Source: Saccostrea echinata
Taxonomy: Eukaryota
Assembly: GCF_033153115.1 (NCBI RefSeq)
Contig: NW_026889758.1
Coordinates: 9,300,001-9,364,000 of the forward strand
Direction of reading: 5' to 3'
DNA: 64,000 bases
A model generated the notes under the pieces. The model saw only the letters and a list, made by a program, of their open reading frames with translations, was not told the DNA's origin and ran no database searches. The position numbers and the translations under genes were made by a program. This document shows, one piece after another, positions 28,075 to 41,162 of the stretch. How positions within the stretch are numbered: position 1 is the first letter of the stretch; each line of letters opens with the position of its first letter.

Positions 28075-28908
28075 AGTCATCAACAAAATTACTTTGTTAA
28101 AAATCACTCTGATTTTTACAGAGAGTAAAAATCACTCTGATTTTACACAAAAGTACTCTGAAGTTGATATTAAAAGGATGCTAGAGTTTTTCATTCACAA
28201 CATGTATGTAGTCTTCAACAAACTGTTGTAATTGCGATTGCCACTAATCGTGCTCCTTTATTTGCCAGCCTGTTTTTACATTCCTATGAAGCAGAATTTA
28301 TTCAAAAACTTCTACATGAGAATAAGAAAACACTTGTTGTGGCATGTCGAACTTGAAATAGAAGACACCACAGAGTCTGCCACATCTGCTTCATATTTGG
28401 ATGTTTTACTGACTATAGACGATAGACCAACAACTAAATTTTATGACAAGGAGATGACTTCCGCTTTTCCATCGTCAACTTTATGGTGTTTACATTTCCC
28501 AGCTTTTCGATGCTCAAGAGTATGCTCTGAGTACGATCGGTTTATAAACCGAAGCAGGCTAATGTTAAATAAGTTGATGTTACAGAGATTTCGTTTAAAG
28601 TCAGCATTTCGTAAATTCAAAGGTCGTTTCAATGACCTTCTTCGCAAATATAATTTATCATTCAGTCGTTTTTTGGCTGACCCGCTTCACACCAATTGTT
28701 ACATGTAGGCCTTTGTTTTTATACTGAATTTGACTACTGAATGCTCCGTCTACCTGATCAATTCGTAGGGCTCACGGCGTGTGTGACCGGAGATGCTTTC
28801 TCTCCTAGGCACCTATCTCGCCTCTGGAATTTCCACGGGTCCGTATTTTATTTGTATCTTCATATATTTGTATTGTTTATCTATTTTTTAATCGATCACC
28901 TTTTTCAT
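28075..28908 (+). mobile_element. Naiad-type PLE RT fragment with internal deletions
   Basis: ELEIEDTTESATSASYLDV, FYDK, KSAFRKF..R, followed by the shared 3' core. Confidence 0.65.
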
Positions 28909-29193
28909 TTGTAATCAAATGAATATTCTTAACATTTAAATAGACCAAGATAAATGGATTGAACAGTTGAACACTTTATTTACACGTATTTTCACATATT
29001 GTTCACGTATTTTAACAACAGTGATTTCTGTTCAGCAGTGCACTACTGTCTTTAAACATTTTTTCCTGCGGGTAAATGCTTTATACCCTTTGTTGACAAT
29101 TATATAGGTAAGCTAGATATTAAGACCTCAATACAATGTAATTTTCTCATTATCTTAAAACAGTTACATTCAGTGTATAGAGGGTCCTTTTAA

Positions 29194-30381
29194 GGTAGTA
29201 CACAATAGATAGGTCAAATTTTTCCTCAAATTCAATTTAGTTCAAACCTTGATATTTTATTTTAGAATACAAAATCTCTCTTATATATAATATAAAAGAA
29301 ATTCAACCATTCATTTTTTGCCTACATAGTTTGAAATATGGCCTATCAGACCCCTTGTAAGAAGATTGTGAAATCAGACCTGATATGTGCATAGTTAAAA
29401 ATAATCAATTGATATATTGAAAACGTGTGTGATGTTGTTTATAAAGGCAAGCTTTTTGTAATAAAATTTAGTAAAATATTTTGATATCGGTATATTTGGG
29501 TAAAATGTGATGTAAAATAGAATAGACATAGTCCGGGAATTGAAAATTCGCTTGTAAATATGCCACACATTTTTTGCAAACTTTGTTTGCTTTTTGTGGG
29601 CTTCTGTTTTATTTTTGAACGCCAACTTTTTGCTTGTAATGTATATATGTTTTACAATTTGTTCTGTTATTTCGTACATTATTTTGACATTGATCATTAT
29701 ACAACTTTACTTTGTTATGTAAAAGAATATTTGTATAAGGTTTTTGGATCTCCGCATTTATTAATTGTTAATATTCATTGTCATTTTCAATAAATGACAA
29801 AGGTATATTTGGATCTTAATAGTATATGAACAACATGTATTACATAAAGTCCTCTTTAAAGAAAATGCATGATTGAATTTTTACAAAAAATCAACAGAAT
29901 AATTGAAATGGAACCCAAAATAAAATATATATCAAAATGAGGAAATTTGAACCAGTGGTTTCAGATATTTTGCGATTTTGAAATCAAATGCAAAGGAAAA
30001 TGTAAAGATTCAGTAGATGACGTCACTATATTTGACCTTTGACCTCTTAATATGACATTAACCTTTATTGTACAAAAAGAATGGAGACTCTTTATAAATA
30101 TGTCTTATACCAGGTCTCTACTATAAATGGATCAAAAGTTACTTTGCATTGAAAAACAGAAAGTCATATGGCATGTAGATGGCATAAACACGATCCAAAA
30201 TGTAGGCACCCGATTGACCAATATATGGATGTCTCTAATTTTTCTTCAAAATATGGTGAAAACATGTCAAAGCTTATTATTTTTCTTACAAAGATCTTTA
30301 TTGACATTGTAGTGAAATTTTTTTCTGGTGTACTTTATAAGATATGCTCTAAAACAGATTTCATGGATGTTGTGTACTACC
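29194..30381. mobile_element. Kolobok-like non-autonomous DNA transposon
   Basis: TIR GGTAGTACACAA/TTGTGTACTACC flanked by TTAA on both sides. Confidence 0.75.
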
Positions 30382-30646
30382 TTAAAAGCAATACAAGTAT
30401 TAGTTTTTCAAAAAGTTTGCCTGACTAAACCAATTGATATCTACAGAATGTATAAGCATGATAAGTAATACACTTTTTTAAGGGAAGGGGGCGTCACAGA
30501 ATAGACAAAATCCTTACAAGACAGCTCATTATGGGACAAAAAGAAAGGGAAATTATTAAATAATCGAAACGATTGCATTAATTTTCTTTTTGTGCTAAAG
30601 TTTGATTCAAATAAAAAGTATTATTAAAATAACTACATGTAGTTCT

Positions 30647-31930
30647 AATTGTTACAGTTACCGTTACCGTTACAGATGTTCCCAAAACGCTTCCCTTTCT
30701 CTTTTGGTGCCCAATTCCCTATAAGCTTCATTGAGTTAGGCAAAATATTTGTATCATAGAGTTGTAGAATTTATTTATTTTTTTTTTTTTAATCTTTTTT
30801 TTTTTTTTTTGTATTCATATGAAGCAGAATTTGTCCAAAATCTTATACGTGAAAAGAAGAAAACACTTGCTGTGGCCTTCAACTCGACATTTAGATATAT
30901 CGACGACGTAATGTCAAATTGATTAAAAAATGGTTATTTCCATTCTTATGTCGATACGATATATCCCGGTGAGCTTGAGATAAAAGATACCACAGAGTCT
31001 GATACATCTGTTTCATATTTGGATATTTTACTAAAAAAAAAGACGTTTATGGTAATCTAACAATCAAGCTTTATGATAAACGTAATGACTTTAACTTTTC
31101 AATCGTCAACTTCCCTTACTTATACAGCAATATACATTCATCACCTGCATACGGGGTTTATATCCCTCAGTTGATTCGATACGCAAGAGCATGCTCTACG
31201 TATGTACAATTTCTAAAACGAGGTAAATTATTGACAAACAAGTTGATGAAACAAGAATATCAGCTGTCTCGTTTAAAGTCATCATTTCGTAAGTTCTTTG
31301 GTCGATACAATGACCTTGTCAGCAAATACAATTTATCATTGAGTCAAATGCTGACTGACGTTCTTCATACTAATTGTTAGGCCATTATTTACACACTGAA
31401 TTGTCGGCGGATTTTTCCGTTATTTCCCGATCATGACAAGGAGCACACGACGGGTGTGACCGGTCGGCAGGGGATGCTCACTCCTCCATGGCACTTGATC
31501 CAACCTCTGATGTTTTGGAGGCCCGTGTTTGCTCTGCTCCTATTTTGTAATGTTTAATGGACTTTTGAGCTCGAATACTGTTCGTTATCTCCATATATTT
31601 CATTTTCCAAAGTATTTTATGAAAATAAAAACTCACATATAAACAAATTAGTATAAGCCAATCAGATTAAGTACATGTGCATTCATATATGTTATTTAGA
31701 AAATTTTCATATACATTGTATCATAGTGTGCTATAACAAAGAGCTTCACAATAGATTTCAAAGAATATGACTGAAAATGTAGAAAGTTACACAACAATCT
31801 GAAAACTAACCAATCATAACTTAGCACACACGCATGCAAGTCCATGTATTTATATCATGATCCCATGATGTAGGGACGTGTATTATCAAAATATACTCCG
31901 AATTTCTTCTTTCGTTAAAAACTAGGAAAG
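30647..31930 (-). mobile_element. Helentron/DINE-type element (same family as 49720-50743) interrupted by a PLE
   Basis: CCGTTACAGATGTTCCC.AAACG end and the (A/G)CCAATCA..GCATG core repeats match the copy at 49.7 kb. Confidence 0.55.
30812..31603 (+). mobile_element. Naiad-type PLE RT C-terminal half and 3' tail
   Basis: FRYIDDV, YPGELEIKDTTES, KLYDKRNDFNFSIVNFP, AYGVYIPQLIRYARACS; ORF ends LHTNC*. Confidence 0.8.
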
Positions 31931-33149
31931 TTGTAATGTGTATGACCGGGTTTGTACAAGGGATATGTAGGTTTTCCTCTTACTCTTATCTGAGTTAATG
32001 ATTGGAATGATAATTAAGACCGCTCTGTCTGAGGGTTCATCACATAGTACTAAAAATGTTCTCTCATCTAGAAACGGGGACTGGGTGAGGTACTACTTGC
32101 ACCGTGTTTCTCCCCTGGGTTCCCATTGATAGAATAGAACCGGATGTCTCGATCTTCTTCAGATTTACTACACCCGGAACTTAACATCAATTCCCTGGGA
32201 TACTTGCCACTGGTGCTGATTTTTGTTATACTTCTATTCTGCTGGGAATAGGGGTAAAATCAGAAAAATCAGAATATGCATGGGATTATGATAAGACAGT
32301 CTAGTGAATGATATTTTGGAATGGAAAAGAAAATGCAGACTGAAACTTTTATTTGAACTGAACAAACCCAGAAAATAAAGCTAATGTTAAAGGTATATTA
32401 ATTTCTAAGTACAGACATTGAGAGTAACTTTATAAAGGATTCCATGTGTAATAGATAATTTTTTTTTACTAGAAGTAGAATTCTTCTACATGTATGATTA
32501 AAATGACAGATTAACCAGCCAACTTTGCTCTATAAAAACCCAGAATAAGAAAATTTCTGAATTTTTATCACTAAATGAAAACATCACTTAAAGTCCAACA
32601 AGTTCATTACAAGTTCAAAGAGCTCATTTTTATTTTATAGTTTACTATTTTAGTATATTCTTTTAATTGGAAGTCTTTTTTTTTATTTTCCAATTCTGTA
32701 TGATCAGTAAATAGTATTTTGTTTTGAAATAATTATGTACACGTCGATAAGATCAAACACTGCTAGCTGTATGATTGAATCATCACATTTTAATTTCTTT
32801 TATACAGTAACAGTCCGATTTTGAAGGATATCAGTACTGAGACAGTCTGCTTTTACACTTAATGTCAGACTGCTCACTAATATCGGACTGTCACAGGTAA
32901 ACTTTTAGACAGCAAGAACAAAGGAATGACATCAAGCAATGTTTGAGCTGAACTACAAATCAGTTCAGTTAGGTATCATGTTAAAGGTCAGTAAAGCTTA
33001 AAGTCATTTGCTTGCTTATGTAATTCAATTGAAACGTGTACTTATATCTTAGTGAATGTTAAACTATGATTCAAACTTTAAAATTAATCTACTCCTGACT
33101 GAAGTTGGAAGGGGGGTAACTGTTACAGTTGATCTCTGAGTTCAAAAGC

Positions 33150-33255
33150 GGAAAATCCCTTTTCTATTCATAGAAAGAAAGCAAGGTAGTACATTTTATG
33201 CTAATTTTCAACATACTCATTTCTACATTTTCCAGATCATTTCTTTATATAAAAA
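33150..33255 (+). promoter_or_regulatory. Putative external (type 3) Pol III promoter of the Y-like gene
   Basis: Blocks shared by the copies at near-fixed spacing: GGAAAATCCCTTTTCTA (about -126), TTTTATGC(T/A)AATT (about -80), TATA-like box (about -30). Equivalent regions at 35387-35490, 40059-40150 and 44371-44475. Confidence 0.55.
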
Positions 33256-33275
33256 TCATTTTCCTTTCTTGATTG

Positions 33276-33344
33276 GGGAGGTCCGGGTAGGCTCGGTTAT
33301 GATATGACCTTAATATAGGAGCCTAGCTATTTGACTTTCCTTTT
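33276..33344 (+). ncRNA. Candidate Y RNA (type A, copy 1)
   Basis: GGGAGGUCCG...UUGACUUUCC terminal stem with bulged C9; upper stem UAGGCUC/GAGCCUA; inner hairpin GGUUAU/AUGACC; T7 terminator; TATATAAA at -30. Confidence 0.72.
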
Positions 33345-35511
33345 TTTCCTTCAGATTTTATCAGTCTGTGAAAGTATTTATACGGTTAATCAAAAACTTT
33401 TCATAGGCTTCCTTTGAAGAAATAATATGGATTAAAAAATAACACAAGGATCATTTACAAAGAATTATGAATATGTACGAAGATGTTATATTTAACGCCG
33501 ATTTTTGTTCACATCAACAAAAGGCTCAACTTCTCATAAACCATTTTGTATTGCTATTTCACTGAGCAAAATTGATAGCATCCAATTCTTTATGAGTAGT
33601 TAAAATTGTATCATTCTTCAATGATTTTATCTTTTTAACATGTATATTGACTATTGAACATAACAATGCTTAATTTTTATAGATAGAATCGTCGGATTTG
33701 CTAGTGTGTATGTACCGGTATATATTGATTGTGATATATTTTTTTCCTTGTGGTCACTTTCAAGTTAAAAAAAATATACAAAGTTCCATTTCAAATTTTA
33801 AAAAGTTTAATTTCATAAAAACTGTTCACTAGACCAAAAAAAAGATAACATGGTCAACATGTGGTCTTTTTGAATATCTATGATTTAAATGCACATTACA
33901 TAGTGATTTAAATGCACATTACATAGCAGAGAAACATGCAAAAAATGAGAAGGAATGAGACGTCGAAATGCTGTAAAATATGTTTTAAAAAAATGAAATA
34001 TATTTCATAATGTATTGCAATAAAGATTTCTTAATAATCTTTCCGGAATAAATGTTGTATATATATTAATGAGATAATCTTTGCACGTGATAAGTAATGA
34101 AAATGTTGCAAATAATTTGCAACCTTTAACAATGGTTTCATTTGATTCTTTATGTAGATAGAAAAATTGTTTTGTGTATTGTCTTTCAACAATTTTTTAA
34201 TAAAATAGAAATTTGGTGTTATGATTCTCTATGATATATCAGTTAACATTGATTTAAAATCTCCATATAATTGCTAGAATGTCATGTATTTTAAATAGAA
34301 TGCACACATCAAAGAAGACAAATAGGATTTCTTCATACTAATACACTGTTTTTTCCCATTTGAGCCCCCCCCCCCTTTTCCATTTTTGAGAGTAGAGCAT
34401 CAAATCATATGTAATAGATTCTTCGATTAACAAAAAAAGATGGAGTAAGGACCCACTATACCTTAATATGCATTTTTATGACACAACTTTCGTATTAAAG
34501 TACTCTCGAGATTAACAAAAACAAACAAAAAAACACGCGTTTTAATGAAAAAAATTGATATTCATGACTTTTATTGTCCGAGTTCAATCCTCAAGAAAAT
34601 GACTTTTTTTTCTTTTTTATAATTTCTCATTTAATTATAACGGGGAAAAAAAAAATTCTTTTTACCGAAGAAAATGAGCTCAATGGGCCTTCGTAATTTT
34701 TATTTATTTATTTTTCAAAAAGAGAATTTTTTGCCGAGAAAATATTATAGTTTGTCACAGATTGTTCACAGACTGAATTTGGATTTTGAAATACTTGAAG
34801 CTTTAGGCATTTCCGACGCTTTGTCCACTTTTTGATATTAAGTGAAACATGTAATGGTGACTAGAAATATTCAACAAACGATAAAAATTGTCCCGGTCTA
34901 TGAGGGGAAAAATGTTATTTGTCAAGTATTTGTCAGTATCAATAAAAAGAAATTATCTCGTTTGCTGAAGATTTGACCACAAAAACGTGCGTAAAAAAAT
35001 GTTTTAAAAAATTTCTTTGAATCAATTTAAAAAAAAAAAATCAGAGAATAACTTTCTAGTCTTTCTGGATATAAACGCATAACTTAAAAAACGGAATTAT
35101 GGAAATGAACTTACACGTGTTGATAACCCAACATACAACACCCAAAAGCACAGATCGAGCTGTGTACGTATAATCACAAGTTGTATACCCGGTATGTATT
35201 TATGTATGTATGTGTATATTCGTGAATAGTCCTGATACTGGACTACATGTAAAGTCATTTGCATGTCTATGTCATTTCATCGATTACTTTAACTTCGACA
35301 ATGACAATATCATATATAAATGATGTTCAGATATTAACTGGACATAATTTCATGGGAAACAGAAAAGTAAGTGAGTGCGCAAAAAAGGAAAATCCCTTTT
35401 CTAATTAAGGAAACGAAAGCAAGAAGATTTTTTTATGCAAATTATCAACACACATTTTTGGATTTTTTTTAATCGTTTCTATTTATTAATATCAGTTTCT
35501 TTTACTGGATG

Positions 35512-35578
35512 GGAAGGTCCGTGTAGGCTCGTTTATTCTATAAACCCAATAAGAGTCTAACTATTTGACTTTCCTTTT
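35512..35578 (+). ncRNA. Candidate Y RNA (type B, copy 1)
   Basis: GGAAGGUCCG...UUGACUUUCC stem with bulged C9; UAGGCUC/GAGUCUA; inner hairpin GUUUAU/AUAAAC (compensatory relative to type A); T7 terminator; ATGCAAAT at -77. Confidence 0.72.
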
Positions 35579-36255
35579 TTTAAATATTAAATAAGCAACA
35601 TTCACACATATGCATTCCCCATTTGTTATACATAGTCAACAAAAATGGATCAATAGCAACAGCATTCGGTCAATTTTCACTTGGAAAGGCCTAAACCTGA
35701 CAATTCGAACATAATTAGATTATAATAAATATTCTTTTTATTTGTATGCATAGAAATAAAATGTTAATATAATAGCAGTCTTTATATGTATCACAGTAAC
35801 AAACCACATACTGAATACGCTGAGCTTTGTATTACAGTAGCTCTGTAACAATTACAATAGCTTTAAGATCTTATCAAAAACTTACACTTAAGCACTACAC
35901 ATGTACGTTATCTCTACCCCTATATGTGAAGAAGACAATATGAAGATTTTACACACAAAGATTTCAAAGAATTCGAAATCTTTATTGCTTTTAATTCATA
36001 TATATAAGAAAATATCCATTGATAGCTTCTATATATTAAATAAAGCAGTTCACAAAATATTCTCTGTCCCCTCTATATATACATGATATATTCACTGTCA
36101 GAATATTGTATTTTTTACCCTTATGATATCCTGATAATTGCATTTACAATTTTCTTATAGTAAATGTTTAATTATCAGTTAATTAGCTAATAAAACCAGC
36201 AAAGTACATGTTGTAGAAATCAAGAAATCGGATGTTCTGAATTCTTGATAAATAT

Positions 36256-36259
<4 letters not shown>

Positions 36260-36338
<79 letters not shown>
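36260..36338. repeat. (TA)n microsatellite
   Basis: Seen directly. Confidence 0.95.
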
Positions 36339-36340
<2 letters not shown>

Positions 36341-36372
36341 AAATGAATTTAATTTTTGAAGATTCATGAGGA

Positions 36373-36462
36373 CATGAACTACGAAGCTGCACGCCGGCAT
36401 ATTTCATGAAGAGCGTTAGCGCTTCATGATAAATATGCCGGCGTGAAGCGTCGTAGTTCATG
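36373..36462. repeat. Palindrome (hairpin element)
   Basis: CATGAACTACGA..CACGCCGGCATATTT / AAATATGCCGGCGTG..TCGTAGTTCATG. Confidence 0.8.
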
Positions 36463-36667
36463 CACTACATTATTTTTCTGATGATTTCCACAAGTTACGC
36501 CATTCAACTGTCATTTTTGAAGCAAAACAGTGTGCAATATAGTTTTGACGTCAAGTACGATATTATGACGTAACAATGGAGATATTCATGTTCATCTCAT
36601 GGTAGTTCATGAGAAAATGAACAAACTTCTAATTTGCAAAGAACCTTAAGGAAAAATACTTGGAAAT

Positions 36668-36828
36668 NNNNNNNNNNNNNNNNNNNNNNNNNNNNNNNNN
36701 NNNNNNNNNNNNNNNNNNNNNNNNNNNNNNNNNNNNNNNNNNNNNNNNNNNNNNNNNNNNNNNNNNNNNNNNNNNNNNNNNNNNNNNNNNNNNNNNNNNN
36801 NNNNNNNNNNNNNNNNNNNNNNNNNNNN
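36668..36828. other. Assembly gap
   Basis: Run of N. Confidence 1.
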
Positions 36829-36999
36829 TTATCCCGTGGATATGACTCATTGGATAATTTTTTCATAATCCACAGTTGTGACGTCACAATGGTTTTTGCG
36901 TTAGCGCGATGAAGTAAAATGAAGTGGAGTCCTATATAAAACAGTGTAAAACATTGGTTGTGAAGTATTAAACATGGGATAAAAAGAATCTGCCATGAT

Positions 37000-37109
37000 T
37001 TGTAGTTGGATATGACTTTTATCCAACTCGTTGTGTGTTTTTATCCCCTCGCCAAGGCTCGGGGATAAAAAACACACAACTCGTTGGATAAAAATCATAT
37101 CCAACTACA
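37000..37109. repeat. Palindrome abutting an assembly gap
   Basis: TGTAGTTGGATATGA...GTGTGTTTTTATCCCC / GGGGATAAAAACACAC...TCATATCCAACTACA. Confidence 0.85.
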
Positions 37110-37249
37110 NNNNNNNNNNNNNNNNNNNNNNNNNNNNNNNNNNNNNNNNNNNNNNNNNNNNNNNNNNNNNNNNNNNNNNNNNNNNNNNNNNNNNNNNNNN
37201 NNNNNNNNNNNNNNNNNNNNNNNNNNNNNNNNNNNNNNNNNNNNNNNNN
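37110..37249. other. Assembly gap
   Basis: Run of N. Confidence 1.
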
Positions 37250-37371
37250 TAGGTTCGTTATTTTACATTTATAAGTAAAAGCTTCAATCTATCAAAACAA
37301 ATTCTTGTGATAATAATCTGTTCATATGAAAATGAAGGCAGATTGTCATAGCACAACACCATAGGCTTTAA

Positions 37372-38384
37372 GGGGATGAAGGACACATGGTCACATGACT
37401 GTTTAACTACGTCATAGTCTCTGTTTATGCAAAAAGTGTAAACCATAAGTTCTTGTATAAATTTTTGACAATTTGTTATTACTTTAATTACCAACCTATA
37501 AACAGAAATAAAAAAAATTAACATTCTTGTAAATATTAACAATTTATGAAATAGATTGATCCACTCCTCTGTTTCTCTAAACTGCGCGTCCAACACGTCG
37601 GTGACGTCATACACGATCTGTTAGTACTGCAAGATCATACTCGGTGAATACAGGGGCGGTGTTATTATGTAAAAATAGGTCATAATCAGTATATGATGAA
37701 ATATTTTGAGAAACGGGGAACACAAATATTATTTTTGCATGGCTGATGACGGAAATCTTATGTAGGTATTATCTAATTTGGTTATTCAGCTTACGTGTGA
37801 CGTCATAGTTGGTTTTTCCCGTATTCGAGAAATGTAAACATGACACGTTTTTGTCATGCTTATGTCTTCTTTAACGATGTCCTGAGCAATATTGAGGTCA
37901 GCTTCACCATTCGAAATTTTTACAGTTAATCAATGATTTGAAGGACTTGCATTTCAACGTAAATTTATAAATATTGAATGATAGAATTTTTTGTACATTA
38001 CGTTTTTCGTTGTTTAAGTTGTCTTTAAAAGTTCGTAATTTTCCCTATCCATATGCAGTCTGATAGAAGAAACTTGCTTTTTCGAATTTTAAACCCTATT
38101 CATACTATGAAATATTTTAAAAGATACATGTCCCCTTCAATATTTTTTATCTATGCTTAAAAAATCCAATTATGGACAAAGTAATGGACCCGAAAACATG
38201 GAGAATTAAAACTCCACTTAGATACTCTAAGGCGTAGTATTTATCAATCAATATCTCTAAAATAAGGTAAGAAACCTAATGATTTAATTGCTTTAAGATA
38301 TGTGGGACATGCTTAATTAGAAATATACAAAATATGAAAAAAATTGAATGACGTGATTTTTTCAGCCCAAGGTCCTTCACCTCC
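37372..38384. mobile_element. Kolobok-like non-autonomous DNA transposon
   Basis: TIR GGGGATGAAGGAC/GTCCTTCACCTCC with TTAA TSD; the empty site ATAGGCTTTAAAATAAC is visible in the paralogue near 45690. Confidence 0.85.
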
Positions 38385-39264
38385 TTAAAATAACATTCTT
38401 GAGACAGCAAAAGCTATTATGAATTCAAAAACATTACCTTATTATGCATTGCACATACATGAAATGTTTGAAAAGGCATAAGTTAATCATATAACCATCA
38501 AAGATAGTAACTATAAAAAAAAAAAAAAAACCCAAAGAAGTTGTGGATTAACAACTGTTGTTCACATGACCTCAAAATATTAATTAAAACAGTGACTATA
38601 ACTACGATAATTACAATGCTTCCTGCACTCCTAACATGAATGAATATACAACTAATACTGACAGAATTGCATTCAGAATCTCTGACATTTAAGTTTGTGA
38701 TCCACTGAATATTGATGAGGTCATACAGAAACATACACTATGGATGCCAAATTCCCATGTTAAATATGTATTTGACAAGTAAATTAATGCACTTGCACTT
38801 TAGAAGTTCAATGATAATCATTGAAGCTTCATTGAGACATTATTTTTAGGAAGCCCTACTGCATACAATAGATAATGAATTAATCTAATTATTACGGAAT
38901 GGATGTAAAAGAATTAAAACAGCCGTCAGTTTTATTGCTAAAGCAGAGTTATCTGCTACAATCTGAATTCGAATATCACTGACTCAAAAAGACATTAATA
39001 GAGGTGTAAAATAAAATTATTAAAAAAAAGGATGTGTCATAACGCCACTAATGCCCCCGCAGGCAGCCAAAATTTTAAATGCAATATTTAGTTTTAAATT
39101 TGTTTGCACAAAAGATTTTTTCCAAGTTCAAGGGGCATAACTAAGATAAAAACTATACAATGTTAACCTTATCAAATTGCTTCTATACATTTAAGACACT
39201 GCGTCACAAGATGGTAATTTATATGTTTTGGGAAATTGTTTGTATAGATCGATTTGGTCAACTT

Positions 39265-39335
39265 TTATCATAGCCAAGTGGTTAAAGTATCAGACTTGTA
39301 AAATGGAAATCCCAAGTTCGAATCCCAGTTGGGTA
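39265..39335 (+). pseudogene. tRNA-derived sequence inside a repeat
   Basis: TAGCCAAGTGG A box and AGTTCGAATCC B box; stems imperfect. Confidence 0.45.
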
Positions 39336-40171
39336 TTTGTTCATATTTACCGTTATGCACAAAATGTGCATTTATAACTTAGGATAGAAACTGCAAATTG
39401 TAAATTGCACTTTGTAGCCGACAAAATGGTTAGAAATTGTGAATCTTTGAATCTTTTTCAAGTTGAAGGGGGACAATTGTCAAATATCATCGGACCTGGA
39501 CCAAATTCGAACTTGACCTTGACAGGAGGCGAGGAACACTTCTTTAAAGTTTCAAGAAGATTTGATTAAAAGCAGCCGGGAAAATGAAATATAAAAGATA
39601 CCACTTTTGATCAGAACTATGTGAGACAGAAATTATATGCAATTTGCTGAATTCAATCACATTACAAGAAAAAAATTGACAAAAGGGCTATGTTGACGAA
39701 ATATGTTTAAGAAAACCACGAATTTTTCTTTAAAACGACACCCCCCCCCAAATCAAATTTAAAGCGAATGATTTCCCAGTCTTCTTGAAAAATAATACAA
39801 AGGAATACTTGCAAAGGGTATACGATATTTAACGTGATCATGGATTTGAATGTTTTCTGAACTACAAATCAGTTCAGTTAGGTACATCATGTAAAAGGTC
39901 AGTAAAGCTTAAGTCATTTGTTTGCTTATGTAATTTAATTGAATACGTGTACCAGAATCTCAGTGAATGTTAAAGTATGATTTAAAGTTTAAATTAATCT
40001 ATTCCCGACTGAAGTTGGAAGGGGGGTAACTGTTACAGTTGATCTGAGTTTGAAAAACGGAAAATCCCTTTTCTATCCATAGAAAGGATTTTTATGCTAA
40101 TTTTCAACACACTCATTTCTATATTTTCCAGATCATTTCTTTATATCTAAATCATTTTCCTTTCTTGGTTG

Positions 40172-40241
40172 GGGAGGTCCGGGTAGGCTCGGTTATGATA
40201 TGACCTCAATATAGGAGCCTAGCTATTTGACTTTCCTTTTT
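40172..40241 (+). ncRNA. Candidate Y RNA (type A, copy 2)
   Basis: Differs from 33276-33344 by one substitution in an unpaired linker; T5 terminator. Confidence 0.7.
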
Positions 40242-41162
40242 ATCAGTCTGTAAAAGTATTTATACGGTAAACCAAAACAATTTCATAGGCTTCCTTTGAA
40301 GAAATTATTGATTATTCCTCATTAATTAAAACAAAAATTACCGAAGACCGTTTCTTTATTCCAAACTACTTTCATACAAGTAAAAAGCTTAAATTGAAAA
40401 CTACCGCAAGGACCATATACAAAGAATTATGAATATGTTCGTAGAGGATATTCAACGCCGATTTTTGTTCACATCAACAAAAGGCTTACACGTGATAAGT
40501 GATGAAATGTGGTAAATAATTTGCTATTATTGTTTCATTTGATTCTTTATGTAAATAGAAAAATTGTTTTGTGTATTGTCTTTCCACAAATCTTTAATAA
40601 AATAGAAATTTGGTGTTATGATTCTCTATGATATTCCAGTTAACATCAGTTAACATTGCTTTAAAATCTCCATAATTGCTACAATGCAATGTATTGAAAT
40701 AGAATGCGCACATCAAAGACAAATAGGATTTCTTCATACTAATACATTGTTTATCCCCATTTGAGCGCCCCCTCTCCTTCCCAGTTTTAGGTGTAGATCA
40801 TCAGATCATACGTAAGATGGAGTAAGGACCCACTATACCTTAATACGCATTTTTATGACACACGTAGTCTCAAGATTAATAAAACAAAACAGAAAAAAAA
40901 CAAAAATGCGTTTAAAAAAAATTATATCATGACTCTTATTGCCCCAGTTCAATCCTCAAAGAAATGGCATTTTTATTTTCTTTTCTTTTTTTTTTTAATT
41001 TCATTTAATTTTTATTTATTTAATTTTTTTAATAGAATTTTTTGCCGAGAAAATAGTATTGCTTGTCACAGATTGTTCACAGACTGAATTTGGATTTTGA
41101 AACACTTGAAGCATTAGGCATTTTCGACGCTTTGTCCACTTTTTGATATTAAGTGTTAGTGT

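Larger units (their letters stand above)
32940..39030 (+). repeat. Tandem segmental duplication, copy 1
   Basis: 32940-36070 aligns with 39850-44910, and 37348-39030 (minus an insertion) aligns with 45677-46335. Confidence 0.85.

Noticed and set aside
33276-33344. pre-miRNA or intrinsic terminator reading of the hairpins
   Set aside because: The fold is branched and bulged rather than a long regular stem, the context is eukaryotic, and the upstream TATA plus Ro60-type helix fit a Pol III Y-like RNA better.
36597-37278. ORFs spanning poly-X
   Set aside because: Artefacts of N gaps.
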